Origin: Candidatus Hodarchaeota archaeon
GTDB lineage: Archaea; Asgardarchaeota; Heimdallarchaeia; Hodarchaeales; Hodarchaeaceae
Length of the DNA: 53,081 nucleotides
Reading direction: 5' to 3'
Assembly: GCA_016839815.1 (NCBI GenBank)
Contig: JAEOTM010000198.1
Location: forward strand, 1 to 53,081
The position numbers and the translations under genes were made by a program. Shown one piece after another: positions 10,000 to 20,786 of this stretch. The notes under the pieces were generated by a model. It did not search any database, was not told the origin of the DNA, and worked only from the letters and a program-made list of their open reading frames with translations. Each line of letters opens with the position of its first letter. Position 1 is the first letter of the stretch.

Positions 10000-12126
10000 A
10001 TGACATCTAAAACCTGCTCTCGTTGTAAAGGAAGTGGTATTTTAACTACCAAAACAAAGAAAAAATGTCCTCAATGCCGTGGAATGGGATCCACTAAAAT
10101 TACAATTGGAGGAGGAATACCTAATCCCAAAGATATCTGCTCAAAGTGTAAAGGTTCTGGAAAAATCGAAATAAACAAAGATAAACCTTGTCCTACATGT
10201 TCGGGAACAGGAACACTTCAATTTAAATGTGCTATATGCGGAAATCTTCTAAAAAACAACCAAAGTGATGTTTGTCCAAGTTGTCATAAAACTATTACGC
10301 TTTACCAGCTAATTCCTCCAGTAACAAAGCAAGCAGTTGAATTCAAGCGTTTATATATTGGGAAAGTAGTAACAATAACCGATTTCGGTTATTTTGTTCA
10401 ATTAGCCCCAAAAATTGAGGGTCTAGTAAGAGATAAACATTTTTCTGGGAAAATTGCTGATACAGTAATTGTGAAGCTTCTAAATAAAAAAGGAGAAAAA
10501 TTTGAGTTTGAGTATCTCCAAATCAAAAAATTTGACGATTTTCCAGTTAAAAGACTTCACGATCCAATACCTTTGGAGAAAATCCATCAAAAACGAGAAG
10601 TTGGAGCATATCTTTCTTTTATGGCTCGGATAGAAAACATTCGCCAAATTCCTAATGGACCCAAAGTATTCACATTGCTTGATGAAACTGGAAATATTGA
10701 AGCGGCAGCTTTTCGCTTAGATTTTGTAAATGAAATGTCTGTAGGGGATATTGTTGAAGTAGCAGGGCAATTTAATGTTCATCGAGGAGCAGAGCAAATT
10801 GAAATTGTCAATATGTTTATTGTAGAGGAAGCGTATTCAAACGCATTTACAAAAAAATTGGAGCGACACTTAGATTCTATTAGTGAACCTCAGAATATTG
10901 ATTTCTTGGTAAAATCGAATGTTCTTACTCTCCTAAAGCCTAAGTTTATCGCGGTAGCAAAACGTCTCCGAAGAGCATTTTTTGACTCTCAACCAATCAT
11001 AATTCGTCATCACAATGACTGTGATGGGATTTGTGCAGGTATTGCAGTAGAATTATCATTACGTCAATTATGGATGGATACTTACCAACAACTTGATGAG
11101 GATAAACTCCGCCATTTAATTAAACGAACAGTTAACAAACCTCCTTTTTATGATCCTTTGGATGCAGTTCGCGATGTTAACTTTGCATTAGAAGATGAAA
11201 ATCGTTTTGGAGATAAACTCCCAATAGTTCTAATGCTCGATACAGGAAGTAGTGAAGAGAGTCTGTTTTCCTATAAATTGCTGCAAACCTATAATATGGA
11301 AGTAATGGTTGTTGATCATCACTTTCCTTCGGCTTCTGTTCAAGAAGTTGTGAGTAATCACTTAAATAATTACTATGCTGGTGGTGATTATAACATTTGT
11401 ACGGGAATGCTAGGAGTAGAATTAGCTCGCTTCATTAATCCTGCAGTCACAGATGATCTAATCCATATTCCAGCGATTTCTGGTATAGGTGATCGAGTTA
11501 AAGGAGCAGAATTTGAGCAATACTTAGAGTTTGCAAGTGAACGGAATTATACCCAATCTTTCCTGTCAGATATTGCTATCGCTGTTGACTATCAGGCATA
11601 TTTCCTTAAGTTTTCTCCTGGACGGCTATTATTAACGGATCTTCTTGGAATAAAGGGAACAGATGAACGTCAACTAGCTTTTGTTAAACTATTAGCTACA
11701 GAAGCCCGAGACCTTTTAGAAAAACAACTTCATATTTCTCTTGAATATTGTCAAGAGACTGTTTTACCAAATGGAATACGTTTAGCAATTTTAGATGTCG
11801 AACAATTTGCCAGTCGATTTGATTATCCTCCCCCTGGAAAAATAACTGGTAGTTTATTTGACCATCTTGGTGGACTTAATCCAGATGCACCACTCGTGAC
11901 TATTGGTTTAGGCCCTGATTTTGCGATATTTCGATCGCAACATGTTAAGCTTGATTTTCCGAATCTTGTGAGAGCTCTAGCAGAAGATCTGCCTCATGCT
12001 AATATTGAGGGCGGAGGTCATGAAATAGTGGGAAGTTTAAAGTTTATTACTGGTGCAAGATCTGAATTTATCGAATTAATTCAAGAGAAATTAACGATTA
12101 TTAGCGTTTCTGTTTCGGAGGAGTAA
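10000..12126 (+). CDS. Archaeal RecJ-like DHH nuclease with DnaJ-type Zn finger, S1 and OB folds (COG1107, HAN-like)
   Basis: Four CxxCxGxG repeats, S1 (DFGYFVQL...EGLV), OB (FTLLDETG), HHNDCDG, VDHH, GGGH. Confidence 0.9.
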   Translation: MTSKTCSRCKGSGILTTKTKKKCPQCRGMGSTKITIGGGIPNPKDICSKCKGSGKIEINKDKPCPTCSGTGTLQFKCAICGNLLKNNQSDVCPSCHKTITLYQLIPPVTKQAVEFKRLYIGKVVTITDFGYFVQLAPKIEGLVRDKHFSGKIADTVIVKLLNKKGEKFEFEYLQIKKFDDFPVKRLHDPIPLEKIHQKREVGAYLSFMARIENIRQIPNGPKVFTLLDETGNIEAAAFRLDFVNEMSVGDIVEVAGQFNVHRGAEQIEIVNMFIVEEAYSNAFTKKLERHLDSISEPQNIDFLVKSNVLTLLKPKFIAVAKRLRRAFFDSQPIIIRHHNDCDGICAGIAVELSLRQLWMDTYQQLDEDKLRHLIKRTVNKPPFYDPLDAVRDVNFALEDENRFGDKLPIVLMLDTGSSEESLFSYKLLQTYNMEVMVVDHHFPSASVQEVVSNHLNNYYAGGDYNICTGMLGVELARFINPAVTDDLIHIPAISGIGDRVKGAEFEQYLEFASERNYTQSFLSDIAIAVDYQAYFLKFSPGRLLLTDLLGIKGTDERQLAFVKLLATEARDLLEKQLHISLEYCQETVLPNGIRLAILDVEQFASRFDYPPPGKITGSLFDHLGGLNPDAPLVTIGLGPDFAIFRSQHVKLDFPNLVRALAEDLPHANIEGGGHEIVGSLKFITGARSEFIELIQEKLTIISVSVSEE

Positions 12127-12205
12127 TTAAGAGGCGGAACGTGTGATTAATGGGAATTAAAGCATATAAATGATTCATGACCAGTAAAATAACGTGGTGT
12201 AATCA

Positions 12206-12802
12206 ATGAAGTATCAGATTGCGGATTATTCATCTAAGTACGAGCTTCAATGGTTAGAATGTATGAAGGAGACTTTTTATTCCTCATTATATTTTGATAC
12301 AATCTTAAAGATTAAACCACGATATGAGAATTCCCTATTAGAACTAGTAGCTCTTCGCGGGAATAGAATAGTCGGTTTTCTGGATATAGAATCAATTCCA
12401 CCAACAGAACAATTATGCAACGAGAATAATGAAAATTGTGGTCAGATAACCCTTCTTGGAGTACATCCTCTCTATAGACGACAAAAAATTGCTACTCAAC
12501 TCCTTCACTCCGCAATTGTCCGAATAAAAAAGAAAAACGGGATTAAGAGATTGGAAGCTTCATTTAGAGAAGATGAGGGAGTACATAACTGGTTCCTTTC
12601 AATGGAATTTAAACAGTGTGAGAAGTACTATGAGGTAAGTTTTAGTCAAGATTTCTTCATGAAATATGGAATTGATCTTCCTTTTGGTATAAACCCTAGT
12701 ATCTTAACTGGATTTGTTGATCAATCTGGTTTTAGACTTCTTACTACTGATCACCCTCCTGAAAAGACATTTCCATATCTGATAATGGAAAAACTACTGT
12801 AG
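12206..12802 (+). CDS. GNAT family acetyltransferase
   Basis: IVGFLDIE and LGVHPLYRRQKIATQLL (motif A). Confidence 0.8.
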   Translation: MKYQIADYSSKYELQWLECMKETFYSSLYFDTILKIKPRYENSLLELVALRGNRIVGFLDIESIPPTEQLCNENNENCGQITLLGVHPLYRRQKIATQLLHSAIVRIKKKNGIKRLEASFREDEGVHNWFLSMEFKQCEKYYEVSFSQDFFMKYGIDLPFGINPSILTGFVDQSGFRLLTTDHPPEKTFPYLIMEKLL

Positions 12803-12804
12803 CC

Positions 12805-14133
12805 TCATTCTTTTCTAAAAATAAGGCAATATTGATGGCATCTATTGCCTACCCAAGCATTATTGACTCCCAATGCTAGAAGACGTTTATCGTCTTGTAG
12901 CCAAATCTTTTCATCTTTTAAAACCCATCCGATTGAAGATATACTTGTCGCAGTATCATACGCTAAGGGAAAAAGCTTACCAGTGGTAAATACATTATTC
13001 GTTATGACCATTAAATATCCTTTAGGTTTCACGAGATCATAAATTTGAAGAAATATATCTTTTTGAATCTCTAGAAAACGATCATAATTTGTTATGTTTG
13101 CCAGATCACGCTGATTAACTTCACTATACTTCGTATCAAGCCCTTTATCTTTACGCCCTTTTTGACGCATCTCTGTACGATCTAATTGACTCCAATATGG
13201 TGGGGAGGTTATAACGAAATCTATCTTAGTATATTTGCGTTTTGTCCATAATTCAGAGATTTTTGAGCTATCTCCTTGGATTACGTGCCAATACCCCTCC
13301 TTTCGAGTAGTGTACAGTGGACTGTATGGAAGAGATTTGATAGCTAAAAGACGTTCCTTACTTATCTGAACATATTTTTCCGATAGTTCTATCCCAATGG
13401 CGTTTCTATTACTTTGCTTAGCAGCAATTACTGTACTACCACTACCTAAAAAAGGATCTAGTACTAATTCCCCTGGCTTAGTAAAGAATGTGATAAATTT
13501 ACGAACCAAAAGTTCTGGAAATTTTGCAGGATGAAGGATTTCGTTCTTTTTGCGTGGGGGTGGCCTCACGATAGTCCAAGATTTTGTCATACGAAGCCAT
13601 TCCCTTCCTGTGAGAGTGTTTAATTTATTTTTTTCACTTAAAATTCCGAAAGGCTTCTTTTTTCTCCCCTTTTTTAGTACAATAGTCCTTAATTCTTGCT
13701 TTTGCTGTTCTTCAGCTTTAAATACGTGAAATGTGTTATCATCTGATTCCTCGACTATATTAATCAATAATTCTTCTATTTCTTGATTGTAAATTGTCAA
13801 GAGCTGTGATCTTACAGACTTTAAGAAGAGCAGAAATAAGGAGAGTGTCTCTTGTTCAATGAGATTTTCAATTAACGGGATAAATATCAACGGTGTTTCA
13901 AGATCCAAGTAAAAACATGAAAGTTGATGATCCTGAATCTTTAGAACAAGCTGATAGCAACTCAAGTTATTACGCTCAATAAGTTCCCAGAAACCTTTGA
14001 AACTGGAATTTTCAGCATCTATAAGGAGAGAAGGAAAAGAAAAAGTATGTAAAAGGGTATGAGGATAACTAATTAGTTCAAAATATTCTCTTATTTCATG
14101 TGAAACATCTACTAGCTGTTTAGACGAGTTCAT
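12805..14133 (-). CDS. Amino-DNA methyltransferase (SPPY type, probably N4-cytosine) with N-terminal extension
   Basis: NKLNTLTGREW, HPAKFP, VLDPFLGSGST (motif I), TSPPYW (motif IV). Confidence 0.82.
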   Translation of the reverse strand: MNSSKQLVDVSHEIREYFELISYPHTLLHTFSFPSLLIDAENSSFKGFWELIERNNLSCYQLVLKIQDHQLSCFYLDLETPLIFIPLIENLIEQETLSLFLLFLKSVRSQLLTIYNQEIEELLINIVEESDDNTFHVFKAEEQQKQELRTIVLKKGRKKKPFGILSEKNKLNTLTGREWLRMTKSWTIVRPPPRKKNEILHPAKFPELLVRKFITFFTKPGELVLDPFLGSGSTVIAAKQSNRNAIGIELSEKYVQISKERLLAIKSLPYSPLYTTRKEGYWHVIQGDSSKISELWTKRKYTKIDFVITSPPYWSQLDRTEMRQKGRKDKGLDTKYSEVNQRDLANITNYDRFLEIQKDIFLQIYDLVKPKGYLMVITNNVFTTGKLFPLAYDTATSISSIGWVLKDEKIWLQDDKRLLALGVNNAWVGNRCHQYCLIFRKE

Positions 14134-14268
14134 TGATCTATTAGTCTTCCTTTCTTCTCAAAATTATTCTCTGATCCTATAGAGTTGCTAGATAAGAAAC
14201 TTAAAAAGGATATTTTGAAGGATTTAATTGAATTCAATCTACATTCAATTTTTTGGGGTTTTCTCAGT

Positions 14269-14646
14269 ATGGTTGATTATTGCATTAATTGTGGTCAAAA
14301 ACTGAATATTGATGATATTTTTTGTAGTAACTGCGGGAGTGAGGTAGAAAAAGGAAAAATATCAGATAGTACAAATTATCAGCCTAGATCAGTACATTCT
14401 GGTCGAGAACATGTAACCCAACCTAAACTGTACCGAACTCGAGAAGATCGATGGGTAGCAGGTGTCTGTGGAGGTTTAGGGAGGCACTTTAATATTGATC
14501 CGATTCTTATTCGTATTGGGTTTATTCTTTTAGTTATACCATATGCCGCAGGTATTATTCTTTATATCATCTTAGCAATTTTTATTGAAGAAGAACCACT
14601 AAATACAGAATTCGCTCCACCAATGAAACCTGAGTCTTCTTATTAG
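14269..14646 (+). CDS. Zinc-ribbon plus PspC domain protein
   Basis: YCINCG...FCSNCG followed by KLYRTREDRWVAGVCGGLGRHFNIDP and TM segments. ATG at 14269. Confidence 0.88.
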   Translation: MVDYCINCGQKLNIDDIFCSNCGSEVEKGKISDSTNYQPRSVHSGREHVTQPKLYRTREDRWVAGVCGGLGRHFNIDPILIRIGFILLVIPYAAGIILYIILAIFIEEEPLNTEFAPPMKPESSY

Positions 14647-14761
14647 TAAACCCTTACGTCTTTGTGGAATATTTAGTAGTGTTCGTTGAATCTCGTATCG
14701 ACTTTTTTAAAATGTACTCCTATCCTTGCAGAGCTTAATTAATTAAAAGGATTTGACAACA

Positions 14762-14989
14762 ATGAAATATGATATTGAATTACCCGAAGAATTGGTTGAC
14801 TACTTCGATTCTGTTTTTACACTATTCGAATTAGGATTTACTAATAAAGAAAACATGTTGAAGCATATATTACTTGAAGGTCTTGAACACAGATTGGAAC
14901 ACATGGCTGAAAACCAAAGTTTTAGTCAACATAAGAAATATCACAATCTGATCGATGCTGAAAAGACAAAATGTATTATTTCAGAATAA
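14762..14989 (+). CDS. Small protein, possibly ribbon-helix-helix DNA-binding
   Basis: Beta-strand MKYDIELP, then helix - GF - helix, resembling the CopG/RHH pattern. Confidence 0.45.
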   Translation: MKYDIELPEELVDYFDSVFTLFELGFTNKENMLKHILLEGLEHRLEHMAENQSFSQHKKYHNLIDAEKTKCIISE

Positions 14990-15052
14990 TTTTTCTTTAG
15001 GGAATTAATCCCACCGTTTTTTTCCTCATCAAGATATATTTTAGAGGAATAC

Positions 15053-15238
15053 TCATTCTTTTTCTTTATATTCAATTTCTACAAGAATTTTATTAATTTC
15101 CATTCCTTTTACACGTAAGGAATTTACCATTCCAAAAACAGATTGTCCTATAAAGTCTTGTACAAACTGTTTAATACCAATTGACTTGTCATTGACTTTC
15201 AACTTCACACTATTTACTTCTTTCATTCCTGACACCAA
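15053..15238 (-). CDS. Small protein resembling the stand-alone C-terminal domain of archaeal MobB
   Basis: VKLKVNDKSIGIKQFVQDFIGQSVFGMVNSLR resembles the LxVNGKxIxLxxFVxxxxxxTVxGMVxSLK pattern (recalled, not searched). Confidence 0.55.
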   Translation of the reverse strand: MVSGMKEVNSVKLKVNDKSIGIKQFVQDFIGQSVFGMVNSLRVKGMEINKILVEIEYKEKE

Positions 15239-15313
15239 AAGTAATTTTAATTAATATCTGGGAGATAATTTTTAAAATTCTATCCAGCCCGTATCATAGG
15301 TGAGTTCTTTCCG

Positions 15314-16063
15314 GTGTCAGAATTGTCCTTAATTAATCTTGAAAACGTATCCAAAGACTATACAATGGGAGAAGTGGAAGTTAATGCCCTTGCTGACCTT
15401 TCCTTAGAAATTGGCAAAGGGAAATTCGTAATTCTTATTGGCCCATCTGGAACAGGGAAGAGTACGCTATTAAATCTAATAAGTGCTATTGATACCCCAT
15501 CTAAAGGTAGAATTCTGATTGAAGGGGTTGATATCTCCTTTCTAACTCGAAAACAACGCGCTCAATTTCGGAGACATAAAATTGGGTTTATTTTTCAATT
15601 TTTTAATCTAATACCAACCTTGACAGCAGTTGAAAACGTTGAGTTTGGACTTGCGTTAGTAGGTGTACCTGATTCATCAGGAAATCGCTCATATAATACA
15701 AAGGAAATTCATGCTACTGCTTTGGAATGGTTAGAAAAAGTTGGACTAACACATCGAGCCAATCACTTTCCTAGTCAAATGAGTGGGGGTGAACAGCAAA
15801 GAGTTGCCATTGCAAGAGCATTGGCTAAAAATCCTCCGATAATAATCGCTGATGAACCGACTGGTAACTTGGATTTTCGCACAGGTATCAAAGTATTAAA
15901 ATTGATGAAAGAATTAAACAAAGAAACTCAAAAAACTTTTATCATTGCAACTCACAATAGCCAACTGGCAAAAATCGCTGATTATGTAATTTCTCTACAA
16001 ATGGGGGGGATAGAAACTTATGAACAAATTCCACAAGATGATTTGGACAGACTCATATGGTAA
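15314..16063 (+). CDS. ABC transporter ATP-binding protein, LolD/MacB type
   Basis: [44 protein letters not shown]. Confidence 0.95.
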   Translation: MSELSLINLENVSKDYTMGEVEVNALADLSLEIGKGKFVILIGPSGTGKSTLLNLISAIDTPSKGRILIEGVDISFLTRKQRAQFRRHKIGFIFQFFNLIPTLTAVENVEFGLALVGVPDSSGNRSYNTKEIHATALEWLEKVGLTHRANHFPSQMSGGEQQRVAIARALAKNPPIIIADEPTGNLDFRTGIKVLKLMKELNKETQKTFIIATHNSQLAKIADYVISLQMGGIETYEQIPQDDLDRLIW

Positions 16064-16087
16064 GATTCGAAAGGGAAAACACCACTC

Positions 16088-18751
16088 ATGAACTTTCTAT
16101 CTCGTTATTGGCGTAAAAAATTAGTTGGTGACATCAAACGTCAGAAATTATTATTCTCTGCACTTTTCTTCCTTTGTATCTTTGGAGTGGGATCATATGT
16201 TACTCTTACCATGGGATATACTAATCTTTATGCTTCTTTGGACAAGATATATGCAAAAACAAATTTTGCTGATGTAGAGATCAATACACATTCTGATGTT
16301 TGGTATAATATAACAGATGTAGAATTTTTTACAAAAAATTATTCGCATTATAATCCTGGAATAGAGAAGATTGACTATCGTTTATTAGTAGCTTCTGGAT
16401 ATAATTCTTCATTCGAATCAAATGATATTACGCGTTCCCAATTGACTGAAGGTCGAGCTGTTGGAATAAATTGGAGTTTATCCAACAACGAAAGAGTAAA
16501 CAGTTTTATTTATGAAGAGGAACCTAGGAGCGTTAATGATTTTGATAATAATTCAATCTTATTGGAGGCACATTACGCAGGTTCTTACGATCTTCACATC
16601 AATGATTCCCTTTTAACCAGGATTTATGGTCAGCAATTTAATTTTACAATTCAGGGAATTGTTTATAATCCAGAAGCTCTAATCGTAATCCCATCTCGTC
16701 ATGATTTTTTACCGAGTAATAGATATGGTATCATCTATTTACCTCTAAAATTCTTACAGGAATTTACTAACCTCACTGGTCTTGCAAACAATATTATCCT
16801 CAAATATTCTGACCATTTATCTGTTGAAGAACAAGAAATACTAATTTCTGACTTCTATTCAAAACTCAATCAATACACCAATAATTCCTTCACCCTACCT
16901 ATCTTTCAAGAGCATCAAGTATCAAATTGGGCAATAAACATGGATTTAGAAGAAATTCAGAAAATTGCTTTAGTCCTTCCAATCTTAATCTTGGGTGTAG
17001 CAAGTATAGCAATTTTTATTACTTTAAATCGTCAAGTCCAAAGTCAACGACGGATTATTGGTATTGCTTCGAGTCTTGGATACACACCTATGGACATACT
17101 CCTTCATTATGCTTCTTTCTCTCTAATAATCGGAGTCCTTGGTAGTACCATTGGTATAATCCTTGGTACTATCTTATCCGGAGGAATTACTTGGATTTAC
17201 GCCTACTTTATGAATTTTCCTACCATAATTTCAATTGAAGTACAATTTGGAGTAATACTTAATGCCTTTATAATTGGAACGAGTATTACCTTTATTAGTG
17301 GGATCATTCCGGCCATTAAAGCTAACCAACTGTCTCCCCGAGAAGCTCTGCAAGGAAATGTTGTCATTAGTAAGGGGAGATTCTCATTGTTTGAAAGAGT
17401 TCTACATATTCGTTCATTTCGTATACGATTTACGATACCCGTACGCAATTTATTTAGACAGAAATCTCGGACTATTGCTACCATTATAGCCATTTCTGCC
17501 TCTGTGATGATTTTGGTAGTTTCAGGTGCCTTTAATGACTCAATAAATAGTGGAATCTCAAAACAGTTTACTGAAACCTCACAGTACCATATATCCGTCA
17601 GTTTTGAAGGCTTTAAATTTGCAGATCTTGGATTAAGCGATGATATTAACTTTATTGAAAGTCTTCCAGGAGTTGAGTCAGTTGATCCCGTTTTAGAAAT
17701 ACCATCTATCATTGAGGCCAATAATCGGAAGGAAGAAGTTTTAATTATGGCATGGAACTCCTCTTCTCCCAGTACTCATAATTTTCAATGGAGTTCCCAA
17801 GATGATCAATTACTCTCAAAAAATGGCTTTGTACTCACATCAGGGTTAGCAAGAGATTTACGTTCATCAACTGGTAGTAATATTTCATTCGGATATCCAC
17901 GAATTCCATACCTTTCTTATGCCCTAGAAGCAGCAGAATCTATTTGGAGTTTATGGGGAGGAGGTGACCGTGGGCGTAACGAATCTTTAGACTATCTAAA
18001 AACGCTTGTTACTCAAAACAAGGAAACTCTTTCTTTCTCTAGTAACCCTGAAAAAATTAATTATAGGTACAGGAATATTAATGTTTCAGGAGTTTCTAAA
18101 GAAATCTGGGGGAGTATTGTGTATACTACCATTCCAACATTAACCGATGTTATGGGTATTGACATTTTCAAAGAATCTTTTCTTAATATTGATTTATCCC
18201 CCTGTTCAAAATTAATCTTAAAAGTTAAAAATCCGAATGATCTTACAACATTAGAAAATATTAAATCAGAAATTAGTTCTCTTAGTGAAATTCGATCAAT
18301 TACCTTCGGATATGATTTACGAACTTCTATTAATCTAACCTTAACCGCGTTTAACGTAATTATTGTGATTTTCATATTATTTGCATGCTTACTGGCAGGA
18401 GCATCAATATTTACTACAATTCACATAAATTTTCAAGAACGATCACGTGAAAGTGCTACTATGCTAACTCTTGGCTTATCCGACTTGGAATTTTTATTCA
18501 TTATTTCAATCGAGAATTTTTTTCAGACTATTCTTGGTATACTAGGAGGGATCCTCCCAGGCCTTTGGCTTGCAGATTGGATACTTAGCAACGCCTTAAG
18601 AGTATTCTACTTCTCAATAGTCGTATCTAACCAAACTTGGTTGTTATTGTGGGTTAGTGTTTTGCTAATTGTTTTGATTTCGCAAATCCCTGCAATTATT
18701 CAAGGGGTTAAGATGGATCTTGCAGAAGTAACCAAGGATCTATCACAATAA
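16088..18751 (+). CDS. FtsX/MacB-like ABC permease (duplicated architecture)
   Basis: Two repeats of TM + extracytoplasmic domain + 3 TM; QRRIIGIASSLG and ERSRESATMLTLG; adjacent to a LolD-type ATPase. Confidence 0.88.
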   Translation: MNFLSRYWRKKLVGDIKRQKLLFSALFFLCIFGVGSYVTLTMGYTNLYASLDKIYAKTNFADVEINTHSDVWYNITDVEFFTKNYSHYNPGIEKIDYRLLVASGYNSSFESNDITRSQLTEGRAVGINWSLSNNERVNSFIYEEEPRSVNDFDNNSILLEAHYAGSYDLHINDSLLTRIYGQQFNFTIQGIVYNPEALIVIPSRHDFLPSNRYGIIYLPLKFLQEFTNLTGLANNIILKYSDHLSVEEQEILISDFYSKLNQYTNNSFTLPIFQEHQVSNWAINMDLEEIQKIALVLPILILGVASIAIFITLNRQVQSQRRIIGIASSLGYTPMDILLHYASFSLIIGVLGSTIGIILGTILSGGITWIYAYFMNFPTIISIEVQFGVILNAFIIGTSITFISGIIPAIKANQLSPREALQGNVVISKGRFSLFERVLHIRSFRIRFTIPVRNLFRQKSRTIATIIAISASVMILVVSGAFNDSINSGISKQFTETSQYHISVSFEGFKFADLGLSDDINFIESLPGVESVDPVLEIPSIIEANNRKEEVLIMAWNSSSPSTHNFQWSSQDDQLLSKNGFVLTSGLARDLRSSTGSNISFGYPRIPYLSYALEAAESIWSLWGGGDRGRNESLDYLKTLVTQNKETLSFSSNPEKINYRYRNINVSGVSKEIWGSIVYTTIPTLTDVMGIDIFKESFLNIDLSPCSKLILKVKNPNDLTTLENIKSEISSLSEIRSITFGYDLRTSINLTLTAFNVIIVIFILFACLLAGASIFTTIHINFQERSRESATMLTLGLSDLEFLFIISIENFFQTILGILGGILPGLWLADWILSNALRVFYFSIVVSNQTWLLLWVSVLLIVLISQIPAIIQGVKMDLAEVTKDLSQ

Positions 18752-18756
18752 CTTGA

Positions 18757-19242
18757 TTAGAATCTATCATCTGATATGTGAGAGTCTGTAATCTTGTAAT
18801 TGGATTTCGAGATCCACCCAGTAGTTGCGTCACGATGGTCAAAATGTGGTACATATGGTTTGATATCGAGAAGCGGGGTTTTATTCAACATATCCACTCC
18901 TTCAACCCATAGCTTCGCTTTGGAATGATCAATATTTTCTAATTTGACAATCGATATCCCAATGGGATTCGGTCTAATCGGTGCACGTGTAGAAAAAATA
19001 CCACGAGGATTAGAATCTAAATATGGGTGTACTGTTAATTTTTTCTCTTGAGCTTTATGAAAAAAATAAATCAAGTAAACATGGGAAAAATTATCTAGAT
19101 CCTTCAATCCAGCAGAATATTCTGGAAATATTCCTATCCGTCCTTTTTCATTTGAATAACATGATTGAATAGGCATTCCCTCTTTTGTTTCGAAAGGAGT
19201 GTAAATTAATCCAATAATTTCAAATTCTAGTCTTAATTTCAT
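18757..19242 (-). CDS. tsaA: tRNA m6t6A37 methyltransferase TrmO
   Basis: IGLIYTPF, GIFSTRAPIRPNPIG, TPLLDIKPY. ATG at 19242 follows a purine-rich SD-like tract. Confidence 0.9.
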   Translation of the reverse strand: MKLRLEFEIIGLIYTPFETKEGMPIQSCYSNEKGRIGIFPEYSAGLKDLDNFSHVYLIYFFHKAQEKKLTVHPYLDSNPRGIFSTRAPIRPNPIGISIVKLENIDHSKAKLWVEGVDMLNKTPLLDIKPYVPHFDHRDATTGWISKSNYKITDSHISDDRF

Positions 19243-19280
19243 AGTATACTGACCTCTTCTCCTCCTTGGAGTGGTTATAT

Positions 19281-20699
19281 TCACTCTTCAGTTATGGGAA
19301 TATTCGCTACAACTCGTCCATCATGTTTTAGGTCAATAAGATCGCGTTGATGAAGTGGTTTAAGCTGATTTTCTAATACGATTGGATCCATACCGACACT
19401 CTTAGCTAATGCATCTAAACTCATTTCTCCATTCATACGGATTAGAATGGTGATAGGTGCGTAGTTCGATAAGGATAATACTTGTTCAATATAATCATTA
19501 ATGTTCCTAGCTTTATTCAATGCCTGATTTGTTATCTTAGCAAGTTTAATATCTTCTGCACGACCTTTTGTTTGTTCTAGGTCAGATTTAATTTCATCTA
19601 CCTGAATCTTATAATTCGTGATATCTTTAGATAAGCTATCATTTAATTCTAATAGCTCTGTTACTTGTTTATCCATATGACTTGTTTTTTCCTCCAGCAT
19701 GGAGTTTTTTGAGGTTAATTCTGCAATCTGGGCTTGGAGTTCCTTTGACAATTCTGCTTTTTTTGATTGCATTTCTGTTAGTTTTGACTCGAGTCCTTGG
19801 ATTTCACTTTGGAATTGTTGCGATTTTTCTCTTAAACGTGAATTTGCAGCCTCCTCATATTCTTCTTTCACTTTGGCCATTGAAATTTGGAATTGCTCTT
19901 CTTGAAACTTGTATTTCTCTTGTTGTTCATGAACTAACTTCTGATACTCTTCTTGCTGTTCAGAATATGCACTCGCCCATGTTGCCATTGCTTCTGATGC
20001 TTGAGAATCCATTAATGAGGTTAATCTATTTATTTCAGATGTTTTTTCAATGATTTCCATCTCCAACGAGGCATTCTTCTCTTCTAGCGAACTAAAAAGC
20101 TCGTTTTTATCGGAGGCTTTTGTCGATTTCTCACTTAATTCGCTTAATGATTCTTCCAACTGAAATGATAAATTTTCATTAGTAGTTTTTTCTTCAATCA
20201 GAAGATTCTGCATTTCATTTTGGGAACTGGTAAAGCGTGCTTGGAGCTCTGTAAATTCCTTATCTTTGGATTTTAATTGCTCCTTTAATGATTCATTTAG
20301 ATGATTGAGCTTAGATAGCTCATTAGTTTGGCTTTTTAACCGTTCCTGATCTTCTTTACTGAGAATCTCACCTGAATCTACACTCCCACTTAAATCATCT
20401 TGGAGTAGCATATTTTTTATCCAATTAAAAGAGCTCATAGTTATACGAGTCAATTGACTTTCTATTGTCCTGTTTACGTCTTCATCAAAGGATTTGAGTA
20501 ATGCATCAACATGAAGACGATCTTCATGCCTAGTGATAATTTTGGATTGATTCAAGAGATCATTCTTGAAACCACTGATAGACACTCCTAATGTCTGAAT
20601 TGCGATCTTTCTATCCTTTGCTAAATCCTTAATAAATTCTAATCCATATTTTCGCAATTTGGATTCGTTACTTTCATCCATTGTTGCCAAAGGTATCAC
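19281..20699 (-). CDS. Long coiled-coil protein with C-terminal winged helix
   Basis: E/K/Q/L-rich heptad region; C-terminus MSLDALAKSVGMDPIVLENQLKPLHQRDLI...DGRV fits wHTH. No Walker motifs. Confidence 0.7.
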   Translation of the reverse strand: MIPLATMDESNESKLRKYGLEFIKDLAKDRKIAIQTLGVSISGFKNDLLNQSKIITRHEDRLHVDALLKSFDEDVNRTIESQLTRITMSSFNWIKNMLLQDDLSGSVDSGEILSKEDQERLKSQTNELSKLNHLNESLKEQLKSKDKEFTELQARFTSSQNEMQNLLIEEKTTNENLSFQLEESLSELSEKSTKASDKNELFSSLEEKNASLEMEIIEKTSEINRLTSLMDSQASEAMATWASAYSEQQEEYQKLVHEQQEKYKFQEEQFQISMAKVKEEYEEAANSRLREKSQQFQSEIQGLESKLTEMQSKKAELSKELQAQIAELTSKNSMLEEKTSHMDKQVTELLELNDSLSKDITNYKIQVDEIKSDLEQTKGRAEDIKLAKITNQALNKARNINDYIEQVLSLSNYAPITILIRMNGEMSLDALAKSVGMDPIVLENQLKPLHQRDLIDLKHDGRVVANIPITEE

Positions 20700-20786
20700 A
20701 TCTAGAAAAGTCCAGTAGATGAACTCAACGATTTATAGAGTAAAAATGTTTGTATAAAAGTTGATTCTATTTGAGAATCCAAAAGT

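Noticed and set aside
10000-10230. DnaJ chaperone call from the CxxCxGxG repeats
   Set aside because: No J domain or HPD motif; the Zn finger is a normal part of COG1107 nucleases.
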